DNA from: Harriotta raleighana
Lineage: Eukaryota
NCBI GenBank assembly: GCA_050575255.1
Contig: JBNZDD010013572.1
Coordinates: 1,296,439-1,360,438 of the forward strand
Length of the DNA: 64,000 bases
Direction: 5' to 3'
The translations under genes were made by a program, and so were the position numbers. The first letter of the stretch is position 1; each line of letters opens with the position of its first letter. The notes under the pieces are model-generated. The model made no database searches, had not been told where the DNA came from, and saw nothing but the letters and a program-made list of their open reading frames with translations. This document shows, one piece after another, positions 13,525-26,659 of the stretch.

Positions 13525-14973
13525 CACCCCCACAAAAAATCTTCCCTAGATCCCTCAAACCCAGCCACTACTGCCCTATTTCAAACCTTCCCTTCCTTGT
13601 CAAAGCACTCAAATGCATTGTTGCCAACCAACCCGTTGCCCAACTCTCCTCCCACTCCCTTTTCAAACCCCTCCAGTCCGGTTTCCACCCTGCCCACAGT
13701 AGAGACTGCGCTTGTGAAAGTCACAAGGATATCTTTGATCAGGGCTCCCTCTGCTTCCTTGGCCTCCTGGACCTCTCAGCTGCGTTCGATGCAGTCGACC
13801 ATGCCATCCTTCTCCACCGCCTGTCCTCTGTCATTCACCTCAGTGGGACCACATTCGCCTGGTTCGAGTTCTACCTCATAAACCGCCAGCAGTACATAGC
13901 CACAAATGGTTTTTCCTCATGCTCTCACCCGGTTACCTGTGGAGTACCCCAAGGATCCATTCTTGGCCCCCTCCTCTTCCTAGTATATATGTTCCCTCTT
14001 GATGATGTCATACGCAGACATGGGGTAAACTTCCACATGTATGCGGATGACAACCAACTCTATTTTTCCACATCACTTTGCGATCCCCCAGTCCCCTGAT
14101 ATACTGTCAGCCTGCCGATCAAAAATCAGGAGCTGGATGAGCACAAATTTCCTGCAGCTGAATATTGACAAGACGGAAGCCATACTCTTTGGCTCTCGTC
14201 ATCGTCTTCAGTCACATGGCTCTCACCTACTCCACCTACCCGACCTGCCCCTAAAACTCTCTGAACCAGTATGCAACCTTGGCAACAGGTTCGACCCCCA
14301 ACTGTCCTTCCTCCCCCATATCTGATCCCTCACCAACACTGCTTTTCTCCACTTGTAACGTATTGCCCATCTCCGTCACTACCTTGCCCCAAAAGCTGCT
14401 GAAACTCTGGTCCATGCCTTTGTCACCTCTCGGCTGGACTATGTAAATGCACTCCTCCCTGCCCACCACAATCCATACAATTCAGCTCATTCAGAATTCT
14501 GCCACCTGCCTACTCACCCACACCAAACTTCTCTCCCCGATTACTCCAGTCCTTGCCAGATTTCACTGGCTCTTTTTCACTGGCTCCCTCCTGATTTTTT
14601 GTTTTCAAGTCTCTCCATTCCTCTGCACCGCCCTACCTCTCTGACCTCCTCTCTCCCCAACACAGCACCAGTTGCCTTCGCTCCTCCGGTTCTGGTCTCC
14701 TCCTTGTCCCCCAAATCCGCCACTCAACTATCGGCGGCCGTGCCTTCAGCCACTACTCTCCGAAACTCTGCAAGTCCCTTCCTCACTACCTTCACCTCAT
14801 CCTCTCTCTTCCTAGTTTCAGGACTCAGCTGAAGACCTTTCTTTTCGACTGCTCCTTCAGTCACCTTTTTCCCCGTACCCCTGGCTCGGGCCCAGGATCC
14901 GTTATTGTGAAGTGCTCTGAGACGCCATTCGGCATGGAGGGCACTATATAAATGAAAGTTGTGGTTGTTGTTG
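13525..14973 (+). mobile_element. 5'-truncated L2 LINE with decayed RT domain
   Basis: ORF 13431-14099: PISNLPFL, QSGFHPAHS, LLDLSAAFDAVDH, GVPQGSILGPLLF, HMYADDNQLY; frameshifts and stops; (TTG)n tail. Confidence 0.95.
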
Positions 14974-15015
14974 AAGCATTCTGCTGTCTGTCCCAATAGA
15001 TTCTAAATCCAATTA

Positions 15016-15718
15016 CAGTAAAACCTTGTTTATCCGGCACCAACAGGATCTGGCCAGTGGCGATTAGACGTTTTTACCGGTCGACGGAGGTAAACAAAAC
15101 ATGACTTTTAAAGGGAGCAGGAGCAATCTCGCTTTCTCTGTCTCTCTCTCTCCCTCTCTGTGTGTGTATGTGTGTGTGTCTCTCTCTCTGTCTAGGTGTG
15201 TGTCTCTCTCTCTGTCTGTGTGTGTGTGTCTATCTGTATCTCTCGCTCTCTGTCTCTCTCCCCCTCTTTCTCTCTCTCTGTCTATGTATCTGTGTATGTG
15301 TCTCTCTGTATCTGTGTGTGTCTCTGTCTCTCTATGTCTGTATGTATCTGTCTCCCTCTCTGTATCTGAATGTGTATGTTTCTCTCTCTGTGTCTCTGTG
15401 TGTGTGTCTCTCTATCTGTGTCTGCTTCTCTATCTGTTTGTGTGTGTCCCTCGCTATCTGTGTTTGTGTGTCCATCTCTTTTACCTGTAAATGGCTGCTG
15501 CCCACAGTTCTGAGCATCTCACCAGTTTAGACACACCTGGTGGCCAACCACGAATACTGCACTTGTGAGTACTGCACTCGCTTTCAAAAGTCCATTCCTT
15601 AAACATGTCATCACTATTTGTCGGATAACATACGGTTAATCGAATCTGGACTTTTTTTGAGGTGGCGGTTGAACGGGTTTTCCAGTTCATCAAGTCACGG
15701 ATAAACGAGGTTGAACTG
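15016..15718. mobile_element. Non-autonomous Tc1/mariner (pogo/Tigger-type) MITE
   Basis: TA flanks at 15014-15 and 15719-20; TIRs cagtaaaaccttgtttatccg / cggataaacgaggttgaactg (18 of 21 match). Confidence 0.8.
15130..15480 (+). repeat. Compound (CT)n/(GT)n microsatellite inside the MITE
   Basis: Directly visible; accounts for the low-complexity C/V/S/L ORFs. Confidence 0.95.
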
Positions 15719-16524
15719 TACTTTATTCAGTGGGGGCTAAATCAAAAGCTCAGTTGAGAAACTGTACATTAACATTAGATTGAGAGATAGGAATGTGCAA
15801 AATGGTCCATCTCTGTGGTCCTAAATTAGAATTTGTTTTTAAAAACAAAGGGGATAAATGTGGTGTGTGATTATTGTGAAACATTCCACGATGTAATCAC
15901 ATAATACCACATTTATAGATGGGGTGGACCTCCCTGGGGACAAGGCACGTAAATAGTACTGAAAAGATTATTCTTTAAAAAAGATCACATTGTAACAACA
16001 GACCATAGGACCTTCTTCGATGTTGTAATTTGATATGGTTCGAATTTCTGTAGGAAATACCTAACCCTTCAATTGTGTTAAAAAAAAATCTGTCCAAAGC
16101 CAGTTACTGTTACCAATGAGGTAGTTGACAAGAGTTTTGAACCTGTCACTGGCCATCACTTCAGTGCCAGGTTAGAGTAGACTGCCTTAACTCATCTTTA
16201 ATATTATTATCTCAAAGACAGAGGGAAGGGCATTCAATTCACCTGGCAATCTTTATCAATGATTGGAAAGATTGCTTAACAGATTCAATGTTATCTCATT
16301 AGATCTGGAATGAAACATTGCATTTCCCATCCATAAAAGGCACAGCATAGAAACAAAGCAATTGGTCTATAATTTCTCCATTGGTAGTTATCTCTACATG
16401 AGCCACTTAATTGATTTCACTCTGCTGCTCCCCGTTCCTTATACAATTTTATATACCATATTTTCCAACAACTATCTATCATTTTAAAGAATTTACGTAT
16501 TTTACTTCAACTATAGTTTGTAAC

Positions 16525-16762
16525 AATAATAATAATACTAATAATAATCCTTCAAGTTGATATAGCCCTTATCACATCTTCCAAAGCACTTCATAGAATA
16601 CACTGTAAAGAGAATTGACTGAATATTTGTGGGTGAAACGCGGCAGCCAATTATGCGTAGCAGATTTCCACAAACAGCCGTGGATTGAAGCAACCAATTT
16701 ATTATATTTTTTCTCTGGAGGAATTATTATTAGGCATGTGGAGTCAGGAAACTTGTCCAAGT
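16525..16762 (-). mobile_element. tRNA-Deu SINE, 5'-truncated
   Basis: (TAA)n tail, Deu-like core, ends at aacttgtccaag. Confidence 0.8.
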
Positions 16763-17279
16763 CCTGGAACAGATTAACAACTGAGTTCCAACTTACTATG
16801 GGACTCTATAATGTTGTTAAATGCCTGGTTATTTGCAGGATCCCGACAGCATCAGCCTCTGGACCTCTTTGTGCTGGATGTTACAATTTATAGCATTCCA
16901 ATGGGTAAAATGATCTTAAGAACAAAAGACAACCAATGTGTTGTTATCACTAGTGATAACTTGTTGACTGCTTTGATGATACATTTATGGTTAATGTGTC
17001 ACATTTTATATTCCACCTGCCTTTTACCTAAAACGTCAAACTATTTTTATCTTGATGAAAAGTAAAATGAAATTCAATCTGTAAATGAATTGTTCTGTTT
17101 TGAGTTAGCCATTGACTCAACTCCTTTACCCCACAAGATTTAAAAATTACCTGTTTAAAAATAATCTATTAAATGACAGCTAAAACAGATTTAGAAGGGG
17201 TCCCTCTTGTTTAACTAACCTCCAACGTTTCTGAGGAAGTGATATCCCCAATTGACTCTGGGAAGTCATATGACATAGT

Positions 17280-17420
17280 AAGAACATAAGAACATAAGAA
17301 TTAGGAGCAGGAGTAGGCCATTCGGCCCTTCGAGCCTGCCCCGGCATTCAATAAGATCATGGTTGATCTGATGACCTAACTCTAATTACCTGCCTTATCC
17401 CCATATGCCCTAATCCCTCT
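17280..17420 (-). mobile_element. CR1-type LINE 3' tail
   Basis: (agaacata)2 octamer tail then gaattaggagcaggagtaggccattcggcccttcgagcc. Confidence 0.8.
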
Positions 17421-18349
17421 ATTTTAAAAAAAAATAATGTATTAAGAATTCCAAGAAGCATTTGATGAAGTATCACATGAAAGACACCTCCACAAGCTGC
17501 TACAACAACAACAAAATTACATTTATAGATTGACTTTCAGGTAGGGAGCAGAGCCTGCTGAACGGAGGGGATGAACAGGCTGATAGGGAGACAGCAGGTC
17601 AGAGAGATAGGCGGGGGCAAGACCGTGAATGGCCTTGAAGGTGAAGGTCCTATTAAGGGTAAAACTTGGACAAGATTTAATATTTGGCTGAAATCCTATA
17701 AATTACTTTCAGGCTTTCTCCTGAAGTGAAAGACATTGTATCAAATATAAGGATGGCTATTTATCTGAGAGCGAGTATGTGAAATGCAAGTACTGAAGAT
17801 TTACGTTCAACGCCATCTTGTTCTGTGACGAAAAGTATTAAGCGTTCCTGAGAAGGAATATGTTTTGTAGAAAACATTGTGGTGCCTACAGAACACTGGG
17901 ATCTAAACCATTCTGATCACTAACTTTTGCATTCCATATTTATTTAATTTTGCATTCCACATTTATAATGGGATTTTCATTATAGCATTTGTTAAATACA
18001 GTGTTTGCAATCGGGGCAATTTATACCCTATTATATCACTTATTTGCTTATTAACTGCCTTTTTTCTTTTCATTGTCTGATATGTTTGAGACTAATAGGT
18101 GGCAGTGATTGTATTTCTGTTGAGTTATCAAAGCTGGAGCTTCTTCAAAGATGTTTCACATTTTGTATTTGTAAGGTTGAATGATTTAGTGGCTGAGTTT
18201 AAATATTTTTGTAGGATTTGCGATGTGTCCGAGAAATTTTGTCGAATGCTTTTTGTTTTGAATTCTGTCACTTCTGTGGTGGATTATGTTTTTAGAGAAA
18301 ATTTTAGGTCTTTAGTCTTAGCTTTTAAACTACATGATTTTGACTAACT

Positions 18350-18530
18350 GATCATGCCTACCAAGTTGCACAGCAAGTTCAATCCCTCATCTCTAGTGAT
18401 CGCTCTTGATGGTGGTGGTGTTTCCATTGAGCTCAGCTGTCCTTGAGTAGTGAAGAGAAATCTCGCTAGGGTTCCTGATTTCTATCCAGTATCTCTGCTA
18501 GATGTGTGCATTCACTGTTAGATTAGGCAA
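18350..18530 (+). mobile_element. Ancient SINE relic (LF-SINE-like; related antisense relic at about 44130-44300)
   Basis: gctagggttcctgatttctatccagtatctctgctagatgtgtgcat recalls an ancient vertebrate SINE body; from memory only. Confidence 0.3.
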
Positions 18531-18574
18531 CAAATAGTTCATTTTTGACAATACCATAATCAATTATTCCAGGA

Positions 18575-18880
18575 ATACAATAATAATAATGCCTTAGCAC
18601 ATTGTCAAAATGTTTCCAGAGCACTTCACATCATTTTATTGTAAAGTGTAATGACTGTGTAATTATAGGCAAACAAAATAGTAACTTTGGAAACGGCTAT
18701 GGGATCTTTAATGTCCACCTGAACAGGCAGATGGTTTGAAGTCACATATGAATGACAGTATCTCTGACAATGCAGTGTTCCTCCAAAACTGCATTGAAGT
18801 GTCAGCCTAGACACGAGTTCAAAACACCAACTGGAGGCTTGAACCCACAATTCTAACACAGAGGCAAGGCTGATCTGTAC
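18575..18880 (-). mobile_element. Old DeuSINE relic (SacSINE1/AmnSINE1-like)
   Basis: atgggatctttaatgtccacctgaacaggcaga..tctgacaatgcag..gtgtcagcctaga..ttgaacccacaa. Confidence 0.75.
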
Positions 18881-21099
18881 CTGAACTGATCCTTTCAATT
18901 CCAATTTTCGGCAATCTCTGCCAACTTACTATTTTGCAGTATATGTTAAATATTTGATATTTTTAAAAACATATGGCTGCATGTGTGACTCGTGCTCAAC
19001 CCACAAAATAGGCAACCTCATTTCTGCTTGAACAGTTATTATTAGAGACCACTTAATAATCAATACAGTAAAACTATAGAACTAGAAGTATTTACAGCCT
19101 CTGGAACATTGCTTGCTTCTGTGCAGATGGCCTGGGACACATGTGTACAGATTGCCTTCAGCACATTTGTAAAGCCATCTTTTGGAGCAAATAATGCTTT
19201 GATTTAATGATGTTGCCAGCCTGCAGAAGATGCGCACAGTGTATTCTCTTCTAAATCCTGGCTTCTGATAACCACTGTTATGCCACTGATCTGCGAACAG
19301 AATGTGTAAAATCGAGTGGATGTGCATTGCCTGGTGAACTTAATTAGTGTGTTTTCAATCAAATTTGGTCAATAAGCTGAATGCAACAGAAATTCCTGTT
19401 TACCATGAGAAATGCTTCCAAATAAGATTCTGCTTCGCTCATCAACATTGGTTGGCAGGAGGGTACTGTACTGTTATTGAATCCAAAACACAATGTAGAT
19501 TCACTCAGTCCTTTAATTCCAACTTTCCAAATCCACCTCTTTAAAATCTGCCCAGTCATTTTCGCTGAATTCTTGCATCATCCAGATTCAATTGCCACTT
19601 AGATACTTAAAGCAACATGTAACAGGTACAAATGCTAGGATCTGCTGTGCTGGCTACCGTTTGATGCATTAGTAACTTTCTCCAGGAAGACAAAATAAAA
19701 AAGCATCACATGATAATGTTTACTCAGGGTATGCTGAATTATAATTGGAATGTAACTATCTTTTAACTCCTGATTGTGAAAATATTTTATGCATGTTGTG
19801 TGTTTGCAAATTGTGTGCAGCTATGCTATTCCATCCATGCTTTGTTCCTATGATACCGTCTGAGTCTAGGACTGCACAGAGGACACCTGTTTCAGAACAA
19901 CAACAACAGAGCCCTTCTGTCTTGGTTGCCTTTTATCTTTTCAAGAGAAACTAACTATGCCCACATGTTTGTATTTTGACATCAATGCTTCTATAGCAGC
20001 AGTGGGAGCATGATGAGCAATGCTCCTGCTCTGTCTATGGTCTGCACAACTGACGTCTTCTTTGTGATGTTGTCACGTCCTGAATGGCAGACTGCAGTGC
20101 TGATGAATGGAGCTTCATTCCATTAATTGTATAAGGGATTGCATAGCATAACTGAGTTTTTACACTCCTGCACACTAGCTAGATCGTCTTCTGGTGTCAT
20201 ATAATAATAATTCTTGTATTCGGTACAAGGAACAATTACATTGTAAAATTGTAGTGAAATTACATCATTATTCTAAGTCAATAATTTAATTTCTAACAAA
20301 ACATTACATTTTTACGCCTATCTGATTGTAAACTGGCAATGTAAAGATTTCCCTTTTTGATGTTTACAGCATGATGGCCCAGAACAGAAAGATGACTGAA
20401 TAAGAGTTAAAAAAGTAAATCAGCATTTTAACAAGAATCTTTAACCTATTAATCAGTTCAAATGTACCTGCAATATAAGAACAGAGAATGAGAAATAATA
20501 GATTCCTACATTTTTAAAGATACCAATTTTTAATAAATCTTTTCTGCTTTATTGGGGGCAGGGATTATGTAATGAAATTACATTTGGTCATTATGTGCCC
20601 CTTGAGGATTTGACCTTGTGCTGTGGTCAGCACTGCCATAAAATACCTTCAAAATTGCTGAAGGGCTTCAATTGTTTTTTTAAATCCTCAACATTGGGCA
20701 AGCATAAAGTCCCAACATTTGGTTGAACTTGTCAGTCGTTTTCGCAAAAAACAACAAAGAAACAAAATTTTAACCACGATTACAAAATGGAAATCACTAA
20801 TTTCATGTTTTTGAATATCACATCTTCAACTCCGATGAGTCATTCAAAATATTTTTTGATATGCAGCAGTATAAATTGTTTGCACCACAAGGTACTCCAG
20901 AACAGTGTTCCACCTGCACATCATACACACACTTGCTGCATTAGTTTATGTGTGTAGAGTTGATTCCACAAGCCCGCTGAAGAGTTATTCAATCAAGTAG
21001 CCGGAATACAAAAAGTAAAAAAAGAAAGTGAGCTTCACAGATACTCTTATTACCAAAAACAGTGGCTTTTTGTTGCCAGATATGGACCACCAGCAGGAG

Positions 21100-21345
21100 A
21101 ATGACCAATTAATTTAGAGGTTTGCTAACCGGGACACTGGGAGAAACACCCTTTTGAATCTTGTCATGGGAACTTTAACAACCCACCTGAACAGGCATCT
21201 CAGTTTAACATCTGGCAGACCAGCATTCCTTCATTATTGCACTGGTGTGACATCTTAAACGTTTCAGTTAAGTCCCCAATGAGGGTTTGAATCCATAATA
21301 TTTTGACCTGGAGGCGAGAGTACTGCCATCTGAATCAGGCTGACA
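21100..21345 (-). mobile_element. Old DeuSINE relic
   Basis: ggacactgggagaaacaccc..catgggaactttaacaacccacctgaacaggca..ggcgagagtactgccatctgaatca. Confidence 0.7.
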
Positions 21346-21999
21346 CCACCGAAAAACTGTTCCAAGCTATATTACTCAGTCTCCCCAGCACAAATTAAAA
21401 GATATTTATTGAAAGAGAGAAAAGAAATTAAATGTGGTCATAAAGATTTGAGTGTTGCATTACTAAAAAAAAGGAATTGAAGTGTTTCAGGCATTTGCAA
21501 TTCCTATGTATTACAAAGACTGAATAATAAATTTTACAAAAAAGCAGTGCGATGGCAGCTTCGAGTAGCACCTTGAGGCTTTGCAGTGCTTTGCTATGTA
21601 TCAAATATGAAAGGATTTGCACCCACTATTCCACAGCATTTGAGTGCACAATTCCAGGCATGACATCAAGGTAGACAACTCAGTGGTGATAGTTGGGCAG
21701 AAGGAAAATAAGAGATCTCTTCCTAACAACTGGCTAAACAATAGCATTGACAATGGTGTGGGAGCTCCAGGACTCTATGGTACAGTATATGGAGACGTGA
21801 ATGTAAATATACAGTCCAATTGATGTCTCTATGGCCAACCAGTTTTGTATTATCATCATTATGTATTTTGTTCTATGATCTCATCTTTTCAATTTGTTCT
21901 CGCTCATCGTTTATTTCATCCTTATTTTAGTGTTTTCTACCTTGTTAACCATATGTATCTCTGTCATTCTCCAACCCAGATTTGATATGGAAAATTGGT

Positions 22000-22480
22000 A
22001 GTGCAGCCAGAAACCCAAAGTGCTTTAGAGAGACTGAGTGTGAGCGGAAGCTGGTAGGGGGGACGGGGATAGGGGGATGTTGGCTGAAAGCACCATCTAA
22101 CAGATGGGTTTTTAGGTGGGGTATTGAATATAGAGGGGGACAGGAATGAGACAGAAAGACATCTGAAGAGAATTATAGAGAACAAGGTTAAAATAGCTGA
22201 AGGAATAGCCACTTGTTGATGGTAGGGTAGTGTAATTTGTGGGGATATTGAGGAACAGGACAAGTTTAAAGCAGTGACTGGGAGAGTAGGCTTACTGTGG
22301 GTCACTCAGAAAGAATGCGGTGAAGCCTTGGACTCATTTGAAAGTAAGGATGAGGATTTTAAAGTTTATCCACTGAGAGATAGAAAGCCTCTGGAGCCAG
22401 GAGAGGATAGGAAGATGGTTTCAAGGAGGCTGGTGTGGCAAAGGACATGAGCTGTGTGGAGGGTAGTTCTGGTTTAATTA
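22000..22480 (-). mobile_element. Highly diverged L2 3' fragment
   Basis: Purine-rich antisense pattern matching the other L2 3' regions (gaaagtaaggatgaggattttaaag). Confidence 0.55.
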
Positions 22481-23337
22481 TTTTACTCAGAAAAGTGAAT
22501 ACTATAAATGGGAAATGGACTATCCAAGGAGGAAGTGCAGGCAATTAAGTCAGAAAATGCAGGAGGGAATTAGATAGTGATTTGGCAAATAATTCAATTG
22601 AAGGATACAAGAGATGGTGTGATATGGGACATTTTTTCTAAAATTGATTTTGCTTTAAGTCCCACCAGATAGATGGGTTGCAGTGGATTTTCTCTGTCTG
22701 TCAAACTCCTTAGCTTCTATGTGAGTCCTCCTAATGTGAAAGGCGCTGTAAATTGTTTTGCAAAACCACTCTATATGTGAGTGTACTTATTGATTATAAT
22801 CAACATATATAGGCTCTATATGCAAATTTGAACAGTACAGTATTTATCCGTTGCAAAAGGTACATGCACTGTATACATGGGTGTCCTGCTTTAATACGAC
22901 TAATAGAAACTAATATGGGCAGTTAAAGAGTTAATATAGTCGTCATAAATGGATGCAACTGCTTTACCCCAGAACTGCAGTGTGCATCTCTTAATTTAAT
23001 CATGAAATGTGAGAAAAATTCAATTTTAACAGTTTTGATTGTGTGTTGCTTGTGAAGACCTGTTCTTGCTGAGCCAACATTTTTTAACGTGTCTTTAAGA
23101 CTGTCTTGTGTTATCTCTTATAGTATTTCATAGTTCTTAAGGTCTGAAGTTTTGAAAGAACATTGTTAGAAATCTGGTCCTACTGGTTGCATTTTTTTGC
23201 CTGAAGGTTCATATGTTAATTCAGATGGTTCATGTCAAAATCAAATGGTGAAAATGTGTTATTCAGCAACAACGTTGCTTCTTTAGAGAAGATTCTGTCT
23301 GTGGTTTCAGTTTTGAAAATGAGTTGATTTAAAATAT

Positions 23338-23518
23338 GGAGAAAGGAAAAGTGAGTCAACGTTTCATGACCCTTCATTAAAACTGTTCTGACGAATGGTC
23401 ATGGATCAGAAACATTGACTCACTTTTCCTTTCTCCATAGATGCTGCCTGACCTGCTGAGTGTTCCCAGCGATTTCTCTTTTTGTTTCAGATTCCCAGCA
23501 TTGCAGTATTTTGTGTTT
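23338..23518 (+). mobile_element. Penelope-like element pLTR fragment, partly inverted, with 14-bp TSD
   Basis: TSD ttgatttaaaatat at 23324-23337 and 23519-23532; 31-bp inverted arms 23335-23365 and 23409-23439 (1 mismatch); body gatgctgcctgacctgctgag..tttcagattcccagc. Confidence 0.7.
23385..23420 (+). ncRNA. Minimal type I hammerhead ribozyme motif (decayed)
   Basis: gtt-CTGACGA(23388-94)-a-tggtc/atg/gatca stem II-GAAA(23409-12)-catt-gac; the antisense arm keeps gaaacgtt. Confidence 0.6.
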
Positions 23519-24054
23519 TTGATTTAAAATATAACTGTTTCAGTGTGGCAATTAAAACAGAGCTGAACAGCTGTAATGAAGCCCATGGTAATTATTTAAC
23601 TTCCACAAATGGAAGTTCGTCCACAAAATACAGTCACTCTATTTTGCAGTAAATCCTGTGAAGCATTGAGTCGGCCCTCTGGCATGAAAGGTGGATACTA
23701 AATGTAAGGATTATCATTAATGATTATTATGAATCCCAGAGCATTTGACAATATATCAAGCCTCAAACTAGCTGAGCCTTTTTCTTAGGTTTGTTTGGAT
23801 GGAAGAATACCAAATTGAAAGAAAAAGCTGAATAAAAAAACGAAGGAGGAAATTCCTGGATACAATTACTTTCTGTTCAAAATAATCATCCTTGATCAAT
23901 TCAGCTAATTTTCATACTCCACGATTTAGGTTGTCTCGTCTCCTCGACTGCTCTAGTGTTAGAGCAGGGCTACACATGCCACCATGTACCCAAGGTTCTC
24001 CAGTCACTCCATTTATTGTCCTTCCTCTTGGAGCCACCCAAACTCAGAAAGAAG

Positions 24055-24400
24055 AACCTATAATTTTATAACATCTTATTACAGTGGAACATTTTGAAGC
24101 TCTTCAAGATAATTACTATCAAATATAGTAACTGTTTCTTGTAAGCCAACAACATCCTACAAATTGCCATGAGGCAAATTATCAATTAACTCCCATCTCT
24201 TTTTGAATAGTGCAATCGGACATTTAATATATATATGAAGTGTTAACAGCGAAACATGTAGACAGCGCCTTGATTTAACATGCTACCTGACAGTAAAGAC
24301 CTCTGACAATGTTGTCCCAGTGTTCAAGTCCTCACTCCGTGGGACTTGAACCCATAACCTTGTGACCTAGAAATGAAAATTCAACCAAATGAGCCAACCT
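24055..24400 (-). mobile_element. Old DeuSINE relic
   Basis: ttgatttaacatg..ctctgacaatg..gggacttgaacccataaccttgtgac..tgagccaa. Confidence 0.6.
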
Positions 24401-25102
24401 GAGTTCTTCCATTGTTGGCTGGTTTTGGATGACTCTGAGCCCAGTCTAGAGCATTGACCCCCATGGGAATTAGCAGAGCCTTTCTGGGATGAATCTATCT
24501 TTCCTCTATATCTAATGTTACATGAAAAGCCCAGAAAATGACTGGCATCTATGATCCTTGAAAATACTTGACATTTCACTAACCATAAAAAAAGTATTTA
24601 TATATTGTTTTCAAACAGAGATTTTGAATGAAATGTACTTGCACTGGACTTTCTTTTTCCATTAAGCTTACTCTTCAGTGTAAGTTGAATACTACATTCC
24701 CTGTGATATAGTTAATAAAAGCAATCTACATTCTTGACTTTAGTTTTCATTTTTTATTGACATTCCACAGTAACATCATTTATTTCACTTAGTCTCGTCT
24801 TCACTGAAGTCTGGCAGGTACAACCATGAAGAACGAATCACTTCTTCAGTGTAGTAAGAACAAAGTGTGTGATATTGGACTTTCAGGAGGAATGTGTTTG
24901 TGAGTGTATGTTTGGGAGGGGAGCATAACAGTGTTAGTAACATAACAATTTGTTTGAAGAACAGTCTTACTTCCAGTTTAAACCTTTGCTGTTTAAAGGG
25001 TTTATCCCTGTGACCAGGGTGCTCATTGAGATTAGGTTTTCACACAACTTAATCACATTTTATTATGAGTTATATTATACTCATGACAGTAGACAATTTT
25101 TG

Positions 25103-25420
25103 TGGAGCTCCTGTAGCTCAATGGTTAGAGCACTCAACAACAACAACTTTGATTTATATAGTGCCCTCCATGCCGGACAGTATCTCAGAGTGCTTCACAA
25201 CAACGAATTCTGGGACCGAGTCTGGGGCAGGGGTAGAAAGGTGACCAAAGGGGCGATCAAAGGGAAAGGTCTTTAGCTGAGACCTGAAACTGAGAAGAGA
25301 GGGGGCAAGGTGAAGGGAGTGAGGGAGTTCCAGAGTCTCGGGGCATATTGGCTGAAGGCACGGCCGCCAATGGTAGAGCGGAGCGGAGGATTCGGGGGAA
25401 CATGGAGGAGACCAGACCCT
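25103..25420. mobile_element. SINE head (+, 25103-25136) cut by an antisense L2 3' end (25137-25420)
   Basis: ggagctcctgtagctcaatggttagagcactc followed directly by (aac)n tttgatttatatagtgccctcc. Confidence 0.8.
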
Positions 25421-26659
25421 TAATTCTTACCCTTTGTTTTTGGTTTCCAAATCATATTTTAATCTTTTTATTCCTCTATCTCACACATGAACACCAGTAA
25501 ATTTTCAACGAAAGCAATAGTGTGCAATAAAGAAAATCAATCATGGCATTATTGTGTTATCCTTATTATTAATGCTATACAGTACAGCAGTTTTTTTTCC
25601 TTTCATTACCTTCATTACTAAATGAATTTTGAATTGTTTTTAATATGTGAAATATTGGTGGAACCATATATATCCTGGGTTTTCTTGTAATAAGTCACTT
25701 TCTGATACCTTTTAATTATAGTGTCACTCGGTTATCGGACAATATTAAAACACGCTGTTGTATATATTGATTTTTCTTTGGGTTTCAGACTGTGCCTGAG
25801 GGATTGGGTTGGAAAGATTCTTGTGGTGTGGCATATTGGATCCAGAAAAGACACCACTTAATAAATGATAGTAATGCCTGTGGCTTATTAATCTCTCTAT
25901 TTGAAGTGCAAGCAATGTTCGACACACCATGGCCAAATAGTTTGACTTTTTTATTTTCGCTATGTAAGAAATTAGCATTGTAATTCTTTATAATAGGTTT
26001 TTGCTGTCTTAAATTAATGAATACATTTAATTTGTTGTCATCTCTTAACAATCTTGCGATGGCAGCAAACTGTGAAGTTGAGTTTGGGTTCAAGCAAACT
26101 TTTTTGGAAAACAAATCTAAAAAAAACATTTTTCTAAAATTTGTAACTTCATTTAAACTGACAGAAAGTCAATACAGCCAATTTATGTCCAATTATGTGC
26201 TAATAAAGGAATAATTGTGTTAAGTCAGTAGAAATTGGATGCAAACAGCATCCGCAAAACGTGTACCATTCTTAATGAAATAATATAGATGATAATTATA
26301 TAGTGGCCCAAAGTTCTGTTAATGGCTCTATTCATTCTGGACATGTAGAATCTCCTCAGTAAATCAAGAAGTCCAAATCTTGTACCATTGTAACACTAGT
26401 CTAGGCTTTCCTCCTGGTACAATAATACAGTACCTCTGGAAAATTTCGTTCAGTAAGCTTAATAAGTAATGGGAAAAAAGGGATATGGGGAATCCATCCA
26501 CAAGGCACATCCACACCTGACCAACACAAGTTATATACTGAGGCAGGCTGGCCCACTCTTCCTGCTCATCACTCTCCCCGCTCTCACTGACTCACTGGAG
26601 ATAATAAAACAGCATCTTACACTACCACAGTTTGGCTAAATTATTTTACCTTTAGTCCT

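Noticed and set aside
13431-14099. 222-aa ORF as a functional RT gene
   Set aside because: Frameshifted, 5'-truncated L2 copy; the N-terminus comes from unrelated flanking sequence
15101-15530. Cys/Val/Ser-rich ORFs
   Set aside because: Translation of a microsatellite
20000-20110. C/D box snoRNA (ATGATGA ... CTGA)
   Set aside because: No terminal stem flanking any C/D pair and no recognisable guide
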